Source: Chloroflexota bacterium
GTDB taxonomy: Bacteria; Chloroflexota; UBA6077; FW602-bin22; JAMCWG01
Length of the DNA: 64,000 nucleotides
Assembly (NCBI GenBank): GCA_023475235.1
Contig: JAMCWG010000005.1
Coordinates: 7,046-71,045 of the forward strand
Reading direction: 5' to 3'
Below, in pieces: positions 18,440 to 28,261 of this stretch. Each line of letters opens with the position of its first letter. Positions within the stretch are counted from its first letter, which is position 1. A program made the translations under genes and the position numbers. A model generated the notes under the pieces. The model searched no databases and had not been told where the DNA came from. It was given only the letters and a program-made list of their open reading frames with translations.

Positions 18440-20398
18440 CTATGTGCGGGCAAGGCGAAACTGTGTCTGATACAACCGGGCGTAGAGGCCACCCTTCGCC
18501 AGCAGCTCGGCGTGCGTTCCCCGCTCCACCAGCCGGCCGTTGTCCAGCACCAGGATCACGTCGGCCGCCAGGACGGTGCTCAGCCGGTGGGCGATCACCA
18601 AGCTGGTTCGCCCGCGCATCACAAGCTGCAGGGCCGCCTGAATGAGCGCCTCGGACTGCGAGTCCAGTTGGGAGGTTGCCTCGTCCAACACCAGGATGGC
18701 CGGGTCCTTCAGGATGACGCGAGCAATCGCCACCCGCTGCTTCTCGCCGCCCGAGAGCCGGTAACCCCGCTCGCCGACCACCATGTCGTAGCCTTCGGGC
18801 AGGCTGGCGATGAGGTCATGGATGTTGGCAGCCCGGCACGCCTGCTCCAGCTCGGCCTGGCTCGCGCCCGGCTTAGCGTAGAGCAGGTTGGCGCGGATGG
18901 TGTCGTGGAAGAGATAGGTCTCCTGGGTGACCATCCCGATCTGGGCCGACAGCGACGCCAGGCTCAGGTCCCGCAGGTCGTGGCCATCCAGCTGGATGCG
19001 GCCGGCCGTCGGGTCGTATAGGCGCGGCAGAAGGTAGGTCACCGTGGACTTGCCCGCTCCGCTGGGGCCTACCAGCGCGGCCAACTGCCCTGGCTGTACC
19101 TCGAAGGAAACGCCCTCCAGCGCCCAGCGGGGCGTCCCGTTGTGCTCGGGGCCGTCGGGCTCGGAGCCATCGTGCTCGGCGTCAGCGGACCGGAGGTGCG
19201 CGAGGGGCACGGTGAGCGGGGGAAGCTCGCCGCTACGCCTGCTGCGCCTGATCTCTTCCAGCATCGCCCCCGGCACGCCCCGGGCCTCGGTGTAGCTGAA
19301 GTACACGTTCTCGAACCGGATGTGGCCCTGCACATTTCTCAGCGTGACCGGCTGCGGCGCCTCGCGAATCTCAGTGGGCAGGTCCAGCACCTCGAACACG
19401 CGCTCGAAGCTGACCATCGAAGTGACGAACTCCACCTGGGCGTTGGTCAGCGCCGTGAGCGGCCCGTACAGCTGGGTGAGATAGGCGGCGAAGGCCACGA
19501 TGGTGCCGACGGTGAACTCGCCCCGCAGCACCAGCACGCCGCCCAGCCAGAATACGACCGCCGTCCCCACCGCGCTCACCAGGCTGAGGCCCAGGAAGAA
19601 CCACCGGCCCACCAGCGCCTGCTCTATGCCGATGTCTCGCACCCGCAGGGCGCGCTGCCCGAAGCGCCCGTTCTCGTCCGACTCCCGGCCGAAGATCTTC
19701 ACCAGCAGCGCACCGCTGACGTTCAGGATCTCGTTCATCAAGGCGTTCATCTGCGCGTTGAGGTCGAGCTGCTCGCGGCGGATGCGCCGAAGGATGCGGC
19801 CCACGCGGCGGGTGGGGATTATGAACAGCGGCAGAATGGCGATGGCGATGAGGGTGAGGCGCCACTCCAGGGACAGCATAATGACCAGGGTCGCGCCGAG
19901 GGTGAAGGTATTGGAGATGATGTTCACCAGGGTGCTGGTGATGGCCTGCTGGGCGCCCACGACATCGTTGTTCAGGCGCGACATCAGCTCGCCAGTCTTC
20001 GTGTTGGTGAAGAAGCGGAGCGACATTCGCTGAAGATGGGCGAAGAGGGCGCGACGCAGGTCGCAGATGATGCCCTCGCCGATGCGAGCATTGAAGTACC
20101 GTTGGGCGACCCCCACGATGCCGCTCAAGAGAGGAATGCCGATCATCCCCAGGGCCAGCCAGTTCAGGAGGGTGTAATCGCCTTTCGGCAGCGCCTGGTC
20201 GATGAGGGCGCGGAAGAGGAGCGGCGGCACCAGGCTCAGCAAGGAAATGACGAAGATGGTCGCCAGCATAATGACGATTTGCAGGGTGTAGGGGCGGCTG
20301 TAGGCCCAGACGCGGCGCATCAGGGCGCGGTTGACCCTCGGCCGGTCACGCTCCTCGTCGTAGCGTATATAGGACCACCATCCGCTGCCGTTATGCAC
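18440..20398 (-). CDS. ABC exporter, fused permease/ATPase (MsbA/multidrug type)
   Basis: Six-TM domain followed by an NBD with Walker A GPSGAGKST, signature LSGGEKQR and Walker B ILVLDEATS. GTG start at 20398. Confidence 0.9.
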   Translation of the reverse strand: MHNGSGWWSYIRYDEERDRPRVNRALMRRVWAYSRPYTLQIVIMLATIFVISLLSLVPPLLFRALIDQALPKGDYTLLNWLALGMIGIPLLSGIVGVAQRYFNARIGEGIICDLRRALFAHLQRMSLRFFTNTKTGELMSRLNNDVVGAQQAITSTLVNIISNTFTLGATLVIMLSLEWRLTLIAIAILPLFIIPTRRVGRILRRIRREQLDLNAQMNALMNEILNVSGALLVKIFGRESDENGRFGQRALRVRDIGIEQALVGRWFFLGLSLVSAVGTAVVFWLGGVLVLRGEFTVGTIVAFAAYLTQLYGPLTALTNAQVEFVTSMVSFERVFEVLDLPTEIREAPQPVTLRNVQGHIRFENVYFSYTEARGVPGAMLEEIRRSRRSGELPPLTVPLAHLRSADAEHDGSEPDGPEHNGTPRWALEGVSFEVQPGQLAALVGPSGAGKSTVTYLLPRLYDPTAGRIQLDGHDLRDLSLASLSAQIGMVTQETYLFHDTIRANLLYAKPGASQAELEQACRAANIHDLIASLPEGYDMVVGERGYRLSGGEKQRVAIARVILKDPAILVLDEATSQLDSQSEALIQAALQLVMRGRTSLVIAHRLSTVLAADVILVLDNGRLVERGTHAELLAKGGLYARLYQTQFRLART

Positions 20399-20428
20399 GC
20401 TCGGTTAAATCCTCTTTCCTGTCAGCCA

Positions 20429-20457
20429 TTGTTTCCGGGTGCCCCTATCATTATAAT
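20429..20457 (+). promoter_or_regulatory. Candidate sigma-70-like promoter
   Basis: TTGTTT (20429-20434), 17-nt spacer, TATAAT (20452-20457), upstream of the 20519 gene. Confidence 0.35.
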
Positions 20458-20518
20458 ACGGCAGGTCATAATACAGCTAAACGTGCCAAATCCTGCGTCG
20501 ATGGGGGGGAATGCGGCG

Positions 20519-21094
20519 ATGCGCGAGGCGAAGACTCTATACTTCGACCGGCCCGGGCCGGCAAATACCCCGATCATCGTCAAGGCCGCTGTGGAGCGGG
20601 CCCTCGAGCTGGACATCGGGTACATACTGGTTGCTTCCAGCACGGGGGCCACGGCGCGACAGGCCCTCGCCGCCGGTGAAGCCGCCGGCTATCGGGGCCA
20701 GTGGGTGGTCATCGGCTCCCACGTCGGCTTCCGCGAGCCCGGCCGCAACCGGATGGACGCGGCCACCCGCCGAGAGCTCGAGGAGCGGGGCGTGCACGTC
20801 TTCTTCGGGACGCACGCCCTCAGCAGCGTCTCTCGCTCCTTCCGCCTGAAGTGGGGCGGCATCGATATGCTGGAGACCATCGCCGAGGTGCTGCGCCTCT
20901 TCTCGCCCGGCATCAAGGTATGCATCGAGATGTCGGTGATGGCGGCCGACGCCGGGCTGGTGCCGGTGGACCAGGACATCGTGGCCATCGCCGGGACCGG
21001 CGGCGGGGCCGATTCCTCGCTTGTCCTGCGCCCCGCCAACCAGAACCGCTTCTTCGAGCTGAAGATACGGGAGATCATCGGCAAGCCGCGCTAG
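20519..21094 (+). CDS. Pyruvate kinase alpha/beta (C-terminal) domain-like protein
   Basis: MREAKTLYFDRPGPANT ... VASSTGATA ... HALSSVSRS ... CIEMSVMAADAGLVP ... FELKIREIIGKP matches my memory of this small stand-alone family. Only the last 192 codons of the 650-aa ORF 19142..21094 are real. GGGGGGA SD precedes the ATG at 20519. Confidence 0.75.
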   Translation: MREAKTLYFDRPGPANTPIIVKAAVERALELDIGYILVASSTGATARQALAAGEAAGYRGQWVVIGSHVGFREPGRNRMDAATRRELEERGVHVFFGTHALSSVSRSFRLKWGGIDMLETIAEVLRLFSPGIKVCIEMSVMAADAGLVPVDQDIVAIAGTGGGADSSLVLRPANQNRFFELKIREIIGKPR

Positions 21095-21142
21095 AAGCGC
21101 CTGCAGCAGTAGTAACGACTTAAGTCTCTACTACCTTAGACC

Positions 21143-21529
21143 CTATTCCGGAAAGCCCTCTCCCTCGTAGAGGACATAGGTGGACATCGGCCGGGCCGTG
21201 GCGAAGACCGAAGCCGTGCGCAGCACACCCGGCCCTGTGTTCCGGACCTGGTGCTTGGAGCGGGCAGGCAGGAGAACGGCGTCGCCGGCCTTGAAGGGGG
21301 CCGTCTCGCCGTCCACCCAGGCTTCACCCTCGCCCTCAAGAATCAGCAGCACCTCCTCGACTTCGCCGTGGCCGTGGCAGGGGCGGACGGTGCTGTAGGG
21401 AGGGCAGGTCATGATGGCGATGCCGAGCTGCTCGGTGCCGATGGTCTCGGGGGTGGCCAGCCATTGCAGGTCGCGGCCGGGCAGCTTGGTGGGCGGTATG
21501 TCGGCCAGAGAGGCTACGCGTACGGGCAT
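21143..21529 (-). CDS. Cupin-domain protein
   Basis: 128 aa with cupin metal motif HGHGEVEEVLLILEGEG ... GDAVLLPARSKHQVRN. AAGGAG SD. Confidence 0.75.
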   Translation of the reverse strand: MPVRVASLADIPPTKLPGRDLQWLATPETIGTEQLGIAIMTCPPYSTVRPCHGHGEVEEVLLILEGEGEAWVDGETAPFKAGDAVLLPARSKHQVRNTGPGVLRTASVFATARPMSTYVLYEGEGFPE

Positions 21530-21643
21530 TGTCGTATGCTCCTTTCTGTATTGTTATCGAAGTGGCTGCCGTCACCGTGATGGCGGACCTGTTCGCCGCT
21601 ATGCGACCGTACATCGCCCCCGATGAAGCTTGACCAGCAGAGC

Positions 21644-22711
21644 TTATGCCGGGAAGGGCACCCCCAGCTCGTCCCCAAGCTCCACGAATTCCTTCACCAC
21701 CACAGCGGGCAGCGGTATGCCCTCCTTGAGCCGGCGGGCCGTGCTCTCGGCCTCGATCTCGCCGGGGATGTAAATGCGACTCACCCCCTCGGCCTTCGGC
21801 GATTCGTGAATCTCCCGAATTACCCTGTCCACCCGCCGCTTGAACTCCGCCGGGTCCATGAACGCGTCGACGGCGATGGCGCCGAAGAAAGATCCGACGC
21901 CGGTGGGCCGAGAGAAATCGTCGGCCAGTGCACCGCCCATATGGAAGCTGTAGTCGCCGCCGGTGAGGATGCCCGTGAGGAGATCGACCGCCAGGGCCAG
22001 GCCGTAGCCCTTGTAGCCGCCCAGTGGCTGTAGCAGTCCCTTCATCGCCTCGTGCGGGTCGGTAGTGGGACGGCCGGCGGCGTCGAAGGCCCACCCCGGA
22101 TCGAGCGGGATATTCTGCTTATCGTAGAGCACGATCCGCCCCCGGGCGACGGTGGTGGTAGCCATATCCAGCACCACCGAGCCTTCCTTGTCCCCCGGAA
22201 AGGCGATGGACAGCGGATTGGTCCCGAACATCGGCTGGCGGCCACCCCAGGGAGGGACGAACGCGGGGCTGTTGGTCATGGCGATGCCGATCTGGTCGTG
22301 GGCCAGGGCCATCATCGAGTAGTAGGCGGAGGCCCCGAAATGGTTGCTGTTGGTGACGCCGGCCACGGCGCAGCCGGTGCGGGCAGCCTTCTCGATGGCC
22401 ATCGTCATCGCCCGCTTGGACACCACCTGGCCGAGGCTGTTATGTCCATCCAGCAGCGCGACCGAGGGGCGGTCACTCGTCACCATGATCATAGTTTTCG
22501 CCCTTATCAGCCCGGCCTGGACCCGCTTCACGTAGACGCACAGCATACGCGTGACGCCGTGCGTGTCCACGCCGCGCAGATTGGCCTCGATCAGCGAGTC
22601 GGCCACCAGCGCGGCATCCTCCTGGCTCACCCCTACTTTCTCGAACACCGCCGCGGCGAAGGAGCGCAGCACCTCCGGCGGATACAACTTCCCTGATTCG
22701 ACACCGGGCAT
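21644..22711 (-). CDS. Ldh_2-family (malate/L-lactate/sulfolactate dehydrogenase type 2) oxidoreductase
   Basis: LRGVDTHGVTRM, NSNHFGASAYYS and PLGGYKGYGLAL are hallmark blocks of the family. AGGAGG SD. Confidence 0.85.
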   Translation of the reverse strand: MPGVESGKLYPPEVLRSFAAAVFEKVGVSQEDAALVADSLIEANLRGVDTHGVTRMLCVYVKRVQAGLIRAKTMIMVTSDRPSVALLDGHNSLGQVVSKRAMTMAIEKAARTGCAVAGVTNSNHFGASAYYSMMALAHDQIGIAMTNSPAFVPPWGGRQPMFGTNPLSIAFPGDKEGSVVLDMATTTVARGRIVLYDKQNIPLDPGWAFDAAGRPTTDPHEAMKGLLQPLGGYKGYGLALAVDLLTGILTGGDYSFHMGGALADDFSRPTGVGSFFGAIAVDAFMDPAEFKRRVDRVIREIHESPKAEGVSRIYIPGEIEAESTARRLKEGIPLPAVVVKEFVELGDELGVPFPA

Positions 22712-22958
22712 AGGATTTCCTCCTGGAAACGGCCGGGTGCGCCCGGCCCTATTCAGGGCTTAGCATACCATCTGCGACCCCTTCTGTGTAGGCTTCGGGG
22801 GATAATCCTTCTTGTGCGGGGGGTTAGGTCAGGCGGTAGCTTCGCCCGTCCACTGCCCGCCGTCCCGAACGCGTGTGGTACGATGGAGAGGAGTGGGGCG
22901 CAACCTGGATAGCCGGAAGAACCGTCGCCATGTTTTGGAGAGAGTATCTGAGGTCGCG

Positions 22959-24236
22959 GTGCTGAGGACACGCAAGTCGCTTGGCTGGGGACGCTGGGTG
23001 GAGCCCTGGTACCTAGCTTATGCCTTGCTGGGCGCGACGATGGCGGGCCTGGCGCCCATCCTGCTCCCGCTGGCCGTGAGCGGCGCGGGAGGCGCGGCTC
23101 AGGTGGGCATCGTGATGGGCGCCTTCAATATCGGCGGGCTGACTGCCCCGTTCTGGGGCACCATCGCCGACCGGTACCGCCGCCACCGGGGGCTGCTGAC
23201 CGGCGGTCTGCTGGCCAGCGGCCTGGGCCTCGCCGTCTTTCCTTTTGCCCAAGGCTCGGCGGCCTGGGTCGGACCGGTCCTCCTGCTGAGCGTCGGCACC
23301 GCCGGGGCCGCCACCGTCGCCAACCTCTTCGTGGTGGAGGCGCATCCCCAGGCCGAGTGGGACGAGCGCATCGGCTGGCTGCAGACATTCTACGGCGGCG
23401 GCCGCGTGGGAGGGCTGTTGCTGGCCGGAGCGCTCAGCCAGATCGACCTGCACGTCGGGCTGCTGGCCGGCGCCCTGCTGATGACACTGGGCGGCGTGAC
23501 GGGCTGGCTCACCGCTCGCACCCCGCCCGGACCCGGCGGGCCCCGGCCCCTGCTGCGGCAGGCCGCCCGGCACGGCGAATGTGCACCGGCCTCCCCTCAA
23601 TGCCTGTTCCATTACTTGAGATGGGAGACGGTGTTGCGCCTCGGCATGGTCTTGCGCTCCCCGTTCGGCCTATTTCAGCTCGTCTGGCTGGTGGCGGCGA
23701 CGGGCTCGACGGCTGTCTTCATCCTTTATCCGGTGCTGATGCAAGAGGTGTTCCGGATCGATCCCGGTCTCTCGTCCGACGCCTTCGCCCTGGCGCTGGC
23801 GCTGGGTCTCTTCCTCTACTCGCCGGCAGGCGGCTGGTCCGACCATTTCGGCGCGGCGCGGGTCCTCCGGGCTGCGCTGGGCGTGCGGCTGCTGGCCTTG
23901 CTGGGCTTGCTGTGGGTGGGCATACAGGCTGCCGGTGGCGCCGAGTGGCTGGCCCTGGTGGCTTTCTCCCTGGTCGTGCTCTCCTGGTCGCTGCTCGCCG
24001 TCAGCGGCATCGCGCTCGCGGCGAGGCTTTCACCCCTGGGAGAAGGGGAGGCGCTGGGAATTTTCAACGCCGTGACCGCTATTGCCGGAGTGGCGGGGGC
24101 GATAATGGGAGGGCTGGCCGCAGAATGGTGGGGGTACAACGCGGCGTCCGTCCTGGCCGTCGCCGGCGTTGGCTTGAGTCTGGCGCTGGCCTGGGCCATC
24201 CCGCCGGTCAAGGCCGGCGACGGATATATTGCGTGA
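22959..24236 (+). CDS. MFS transporter
   Basis: 12-TM-like hydrophobicity and GTIADRYRRHRGLL loop motif. The GTG at 22959 is preceded by GAGG. The ORF extends to 22812, but that N-terminus is Arg-rich and unlikely. Confidence 0.75.
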   Translation: MLRTRKSLGWGRWVEPWYLAYALLGATMAGLAPILLPLAVSGAGGAAQVGIVMGAFNIGGLTAPFWGTIADRYRRHRGLLTGGLLASGLGLAVFPFAQGSAAWVGPVLLLSVGTAGAATVANLFVVEAHPQAEWDERIGWLQTFYGGGRVGGLLLAGALSQIDLHVGLLAGALLMTLGGVTGWLTARTPPGPGGPRPLLRQAARHGECAPASPQCLFHYLRWETVLRLGMVLRSPFGLFQLVWLVAATGSTAVFILYPVLMQEVFRIDPGLSSDAFALALALGLFLYSPAGGWSDHFGAARVLRAALGVRLLALLGLLWVGIQAAGGAEWLALVAFSLVVLSWSLLAVSGIALAARLSPLGEGEALGIFNAVTAIAGVAGAIMGGLAAEWWGYNAASVLAVAGVGLSLALAWAIPPVKAGDGYIA

Positions 24237-24268
24237 GGGTCGTGCGACTGCCGGTAGTTGCACGACCC
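24237..24268. terminator. Hairpin between convergent genes (possible bidirectional terminator)
   Basis: GGGTCGTGC (24237-24245) pairs with GCACGACCC (24260-24268) around a 14-nt loop, followed by TT. Lies between the MFS stop and the NrfD-like stop. Confidence 0.4.
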
Positions 24269-24315
24269 TTAGCACGTGGCTGCTTCAGACCGGCACGATC
24301 GGCCCGATCGACAGG

Positions 24316-25638
24316 TCAAGACCTCTGGTACACGCTTGAAGGGATAGTCCGGTCGTCACTCGCGCGGCTCGATAGGCCAAGCTCCGGCGTGGCGACCGGG
24401 AATATCTTGGCAAATATCGCGAACAGCGCGAAGGGCATCGCCAGGATGGTGAGAGCGCCGAACAGGCCCTCCCGGTAGGTATCGATGTCGACGGGTATGA
24501 TGGGCAGGTCATAGTGCATGAACCCGGCAAACGACAATGAGAATGCCTGGCCGCCGATCACAACGTTCCACCTCATCATGAAGACGCCGAACAGGATCAG
24601 GGCCGTCCCCAGAATGGCCCGGCGTACGGTCAGCCGGGGGATGACCAGGAGGACAAAGGGGACCAGGTTCCCCAGGCCGTATTGCAGAATGAAGATGCTG
24701 GCGAAGTCCTTTCCGTAGATGACCTCACGGAGCACGTCCCACGACTTGACTGCCGTGTAGCCGCGGAAGATCAGGTCGAGGACCTCGAGGCTTATGGCGA
24801 TAATCAGGAAGAACAGCAGGTACTTCGCCGTCATCCGGATAACGTGTATCTCGACGCCCCCAATCTCGGCCCTGGACACGGTGGGATGCGTCTGCCGGTA
24901 CAACAGCGTATCCCTGCGGCGGGATGCCATGAACTTTCGGAACTCCATCATCACGATGTAGGTCAGCATGCAGAGGGCGATGCCGGAGACGATCGCCGAG
25001 CAAATGAAAATGACCGGCATAAGAGGCGTCATCCACAGGGCATTCGCCTTCACCGAGCCGAAGATGAAGCCGGCGTAGCCGTGAAGGAACAACGCCAGGG
25101 GGATGCCCGCCGCGGCCAGGACCTTGATCGCCCTCTCGTCCTTGTGCAGTGCTTCCTCGTCGATGTCGTACGATCCCAGGGTCAGGACGTTGTACAGGAC
25201 CATACCGAACACATCGCTGACGTTCTTGCTGGCCCTGTGCCTGAGCTTCAGGGCCATCTCCACCAGATGCCTCCGGTAGAGGAGCCATAGTTCTGACGCG
25301 ACGAGCGCGCTGTAGGAGAAGAACACGACGCCGAAGGCGGCGATGGCCGAGGTGAAATGCGGGGTGAGAAACACGTTGAAGCCGCGCTCGGGCTGCTGAA
25401 GGTGGAAGAGCAGCGGCATCGGCGCGGCCCCCAGCAGGGCGAACGAGAAGACCAGGGCGAACTGCGCCAGGTCTTTGAGCTGCTTGATGCCGAAGACGTG
25501 GTAAAGCGACGAAAGGACGAATGCCCCAGCAACGAGCCCCGTCATGAACGGGTACATCACGATCTGGATAGCCCAGTAAATATACTCGTTCGGGTAAACG
25601 AACAGTTCTTTTAATGTCCAAAGCTCTCCGTGGACCAT
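24316..25638 (-). CDS. NrfD/PsrC-family polytopic membrane (quinone-interacting) subunit
   Basis: 441 aa starting MVHGELWTLKELFVYPNEYIYWAIQIVMYPFMTGLVAG, with about 10 TM helices. AAGGAGG SD lies inside the end of the upstream FeS gene. The ORF extension to 25935 overlaps that gene and I reject it. Confidence 0.85.
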   Translation of the reverse strand: MVHGELWTLKELFVYPNEYIYWAIQIVMYPFMTGLVAGAFVLSSLYHVFGIKQLKDLAQFALVFSFALLGAAPMPLLFHLQQPERGFNVFLTPHFTSAIAAFGVVFFSYSALVASELWLLYRRHLVEMALKLRHRASKNVSDVFGMVLYNVLTLGSYDIDEEALHKDERAIKVLAAAGIPLALFLHGYAGFIFGSVKANALWMTPLMPVIFICSAIVSGIALCMLTYIVMMEFRKFMASRRRDTLLYRQTHPTVSRAEIGGVEIHVIRMTAKYLLFFLIIAISLEVLDLIFRGYTAVKSWDVLREVIYGKDFASIFILQYGLGNLVPFVLLVIPRLTVRRAILGTALILFGVFMMRWNVVIGGQAFSLSFAGFMHYDLPIIPVDIDTYREGLFGALTILAMPFALFAIFAKIFPVATPELGLSSRASDDRTIPSSVYQRS

Positions 25639-25640
25639 TG

Positions 25641-26429
25641 CTATCTGACCTCCTTGCTCAGGCCCAGGTAGTATGCCTGAGGCTTGGTGCCATACTCGTC
25701 CTTGAGCACCACGACCCGCTGCGTCATTATGGTCTTGGCGACGGGGTCGTTCGGGTCGTTGAGGTTCCCGAACTGGCGGGCGCCGAATGGACAGGCTTGA
25801 ACGCAGGCCGTCTTCAGCCCCTTGGTTATCCGGTGATAGCAGAAGGTGCATTTTCCGGCCGTGCGGGTGCGGGGATCGATGAACCTGGCCCCGTAGGGAC
25901 AGGCCATGATGCAGTAGCCGCAGCCGATGCACCACGACTTGTCCACCAGGACGACACCGTCAGGGGTCCGGTAGGTGGCGCCGACCGGGCACACCTGGAC
26001 GCACGGGGGGTTCTCGCAATGATTGCAGAGCTTGGGGACGAAGAATGCCTTCTTCGTGTCGCTCTTGTCCACCACCTGGTACTTTCCCATCCCGAGATCG
26101 ACCCGCTTGCTGGTGTAGCCGTCGCGGCCGGCCTTGGGTGAATCGGCGAACAGCTCCCCGCCGTTGGTCAGTATGTACCGTTCCACCCACGTGGGAGAAA
26201 TGTTCGCCTCGAAGGGCAGCCCATTCTCCAGCTTGCATGCCTTCACACACAGGCCGCAGCCAACGCACTTCGTGCTGTCGATCAGAAACGCCCAGCGGGC
26301 ATTCTTCTCAGGCTGAACTGCTGCGGCCAGGACCTTCCCCGGGTCCACCATCTCGATTGCTGCCAGGGATATCGCCGCGCCAGCAGCCCCTGCGAGGGAC
26401 GTCTTCAAGAACTCTCTTCTAGTGATCAT
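25641..26429 (-). CDS. Tat-exported 4x[4Fe-4S] ferredoxin-type subunit (NrfC/PsrB/DsrO-like)
   Basis: Twin-arginine leader MITRREFLKTSLAGAAGAA. Four Cys clusters: CVGCGLCVKAC, CNHCENPPCVQVCP, CIGCGYCIMACP, CTFCYHRI...ACVQACP. Confidence 0.9.
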   Translation of the reverse strand: MITRREFLKTSLAGAAGAAISLAAIEMVDPGKVLAAAVQPEKNARWAFLIDSTKCVGCGLCVKACKLENGLPFEANISPTWVERYILTNGGELFADSPKAGRDGYTSKRVDLGMGKYQVVDKSDTKKAFFVPKLCNHCENPPCVQVCPVGATYRTPDGVVLVDKSWCIGCGYCIMACPYGARFIDPRTRTAGKCTFCYHRITKGLKTACVQACPFGARQFGNLNDPNDPVAKTIMTQRVVVLKDEYGTKPQAYYLGLSKEVR

Positions 26430-26893
26430 TTCGCGGCCCCTGGTGCTGGAGAGTGTGGGTTATGGCAGGACGCGCAGTTGACGCCGGGGTTATGGTTGTC
26501 AGGGTCTATACCCTTGATGGCGCTTCTGCCGCTTAACGAGGCAGGAAGATCGGCGTGGCATCGGAGGCAGAGGTCCCGGCTCGTGTCGATGGTGAGCTTG
26601 GGCGGCTCAGACGGATGTTTGATAGCAGGACCGTGGCAATTCTCGCACTGAATGTTGGCGTGAAGGGATGAAGATACCTTCGAGGATTGTTCGGTGTGGC
26701 AACCCTGGCAGTACTCTCGCCCCTGGTACTTGACCTCGACGGACTTTGCCGCCTCCTCGCTGCTTTGGTCGTACCACCCGTATATGTATCCCCCGTCATA
26801 GACTCCGAAGCCCACCGGAACGGCGAAGATCCTTATCGCCAACACAATTGCCACCAGGGCAATAACGACCAGCAATGGTCTTAATACGTGCAT
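26426..26893 (-). CDS. Membrane-anchored tetrahaem cytochrome c (c3-like)
   Basis: N-terminal TM helix plus four CxxCH motifs: CQGCH, CENCH, CLRCH, CASCH. The stop overlaps the FeS gene start by 4 nt. GAGAGAGGG SD. Confidence 0.85.
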   Translation of the reverse strand: MHVLRPLLVVIALVAIVLAIRIFAVPVGFGVYDGGYIYGWYDQSSEEAAKSVEVKYQGREYCQGCHTEQSSKVSSSLHANIQCENCHGPAIKHPSEPPKLTIDTSRDLCLRCHADLPASLSGRSAIKGIDPDNHNPGVNCASCHNPHSPAPGAAK

Positions 26894-27085
26894 CGTTGAC
26901 CCTCTCTCAGTAGAACCGCGCTCCGCCGACCACGGCTGAACTCCGCCTTGCAGTGCGAGAAGTCTACACCCTTAATCGGTCCCCTGATGTGCGAAGCGGG
27001 GCTCCGAAGCTAGATTCGTGTGAATGTTCTCATCCACCCTCTTCGAACTGTTTTCCGTCATAACGACGGTTGGTTGTACGCCAGA

Positions 27086-27670
27086 CTACCAGGTCTCGCT
27101 GGGCCGTAAGGCTCCCGGGATGGGGCGCTTTGACGGGACACCCTTCTCGTTCGCGTTCACCTTCTGGCTGAGGAGCTCCCAGGTACCGTCGTTTGCCACG
27201 TTATGACAACTGAAGCAGCCCCCGTGGTACTCCTCGTTGAAAGGCGTGCTGAAGAGATGCGCCGGATGGACGATGTCTCGGAGGGAAAGGGGAGCGAAGG
27301 CGCCCTTTCCGACCTGGTCATCGACGCCCGGCTTATGGCACTGGAGGCAGTCCGCGACCCCCGACTGGAAATTCAGTGGTGCCCCTCCCGGCAGGGCCGC
27401 TGGATGCTGCTTCCCTTCACCACCGGCCGCGGTGCGCTCCTGGGCCTCCCAGAGCAGCGAGTACTTGCCATCGGCGTCGATACCACCCGCTATATGGCAG
27501 GCAGTGCATCCCCGGCGCGGTGCTTCGGCCGCATCGGCTGCTTGCGCGAGCTGGTCATCCGGGTTCTGGCCCGCCTCGTTGCCGGCCGCCACGCTGATCG
27601 CCAGGGCCAGGGCTGCCGCTAAACCTAGAGCCACGCCGACGACAATGAACTTTTGCCTACTTGTCAGCAT
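27086..27670 (-). CDS. Membrane-anchored trihaem cytochrome c
   Basis: N-terminal TM helix (FIVVGVALGLAAALALAISVAA) plus CTACH, CLQCH, CFSCH. The ATG at 27670 is preceded by GGAGGA; the TTG at 27682 overlaps that SD and I reject it. Confidence 0.8.
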   Translation of the reverse strand: MLTSRQKFIVVGVALGLAAALALAISVAAGNEAGQNPDDQLAQAADAAEAPRRGCTACHIAGGIDADGKYSLLWEAQERTAAGGEGKQHPAALPGGAPLNFQSGVADCLQCHKPGVDDQVGKGAFAPLSLRDIVHPAHLFSTPFNEEYHGGCFSCHNVANDGTWELLSQKVNANEKGVPSKRPIPGALRPSETW

Positions 27671-28261
27671 CGAATCCTCCAATGTTTTATGGGCTCTGAA
27701 TACGGTGACTCGTAGATGGCCTCACCCGAGGCCGTGCCTCGCCCGTCAGAGAGGTTGGGGAACACTCACCGAAGGCGCAACCGACGGCGCCAGGGCCGCC
27801 GGCGAGCACCACGGCCTTCCTCAGTTGTTCGCGGTGTCCCCAAGGCTCCAGTCCTCGTCAGTATGTACACCGGTGGCGGTCTCGATGCCTCACCCCCTTC
27901 CTGGCCGGGAATTACGGCGGCTCAGACCCATTGTGCGGCCTTGCGCTTACCGGCACGATGATGGCCCTGCTGCCGCCATCTGCTTGCCCGGCGGCGACGG
28001 CTCCAGGCTCTATACACATCAACCCTCCCAGCAACTTCCGACGCTGGGACAGCCGGTGTCGCCGGGTGCCCGGCCATTCCGCCAGGTGGCGCGAAACGCC
28101 GATTTAGACATAACTAAGCCGGTGTTTCATTCACCTCTCGGCCCTAGTTTAGGGGCTTTCGTGGTCTTTTAATATACGTCAGGTAGTGGAACCGAATCTG
28201 ATGACCGATGGAATATTGAGGAACAAACAGGGGAGCATGCCGTATACAAACAGTGTCATAT

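Noticed and set aside
19142-21094. 650-aa plus-strand ORF
   Set aside because: The first about 455 codons run antisense to the well-supported ABC exporter gene and translate to a low-complexity Arg/Gly/His/Asp-rich sequence. Only the last 192 codons (from ATG 20519) match a real family.
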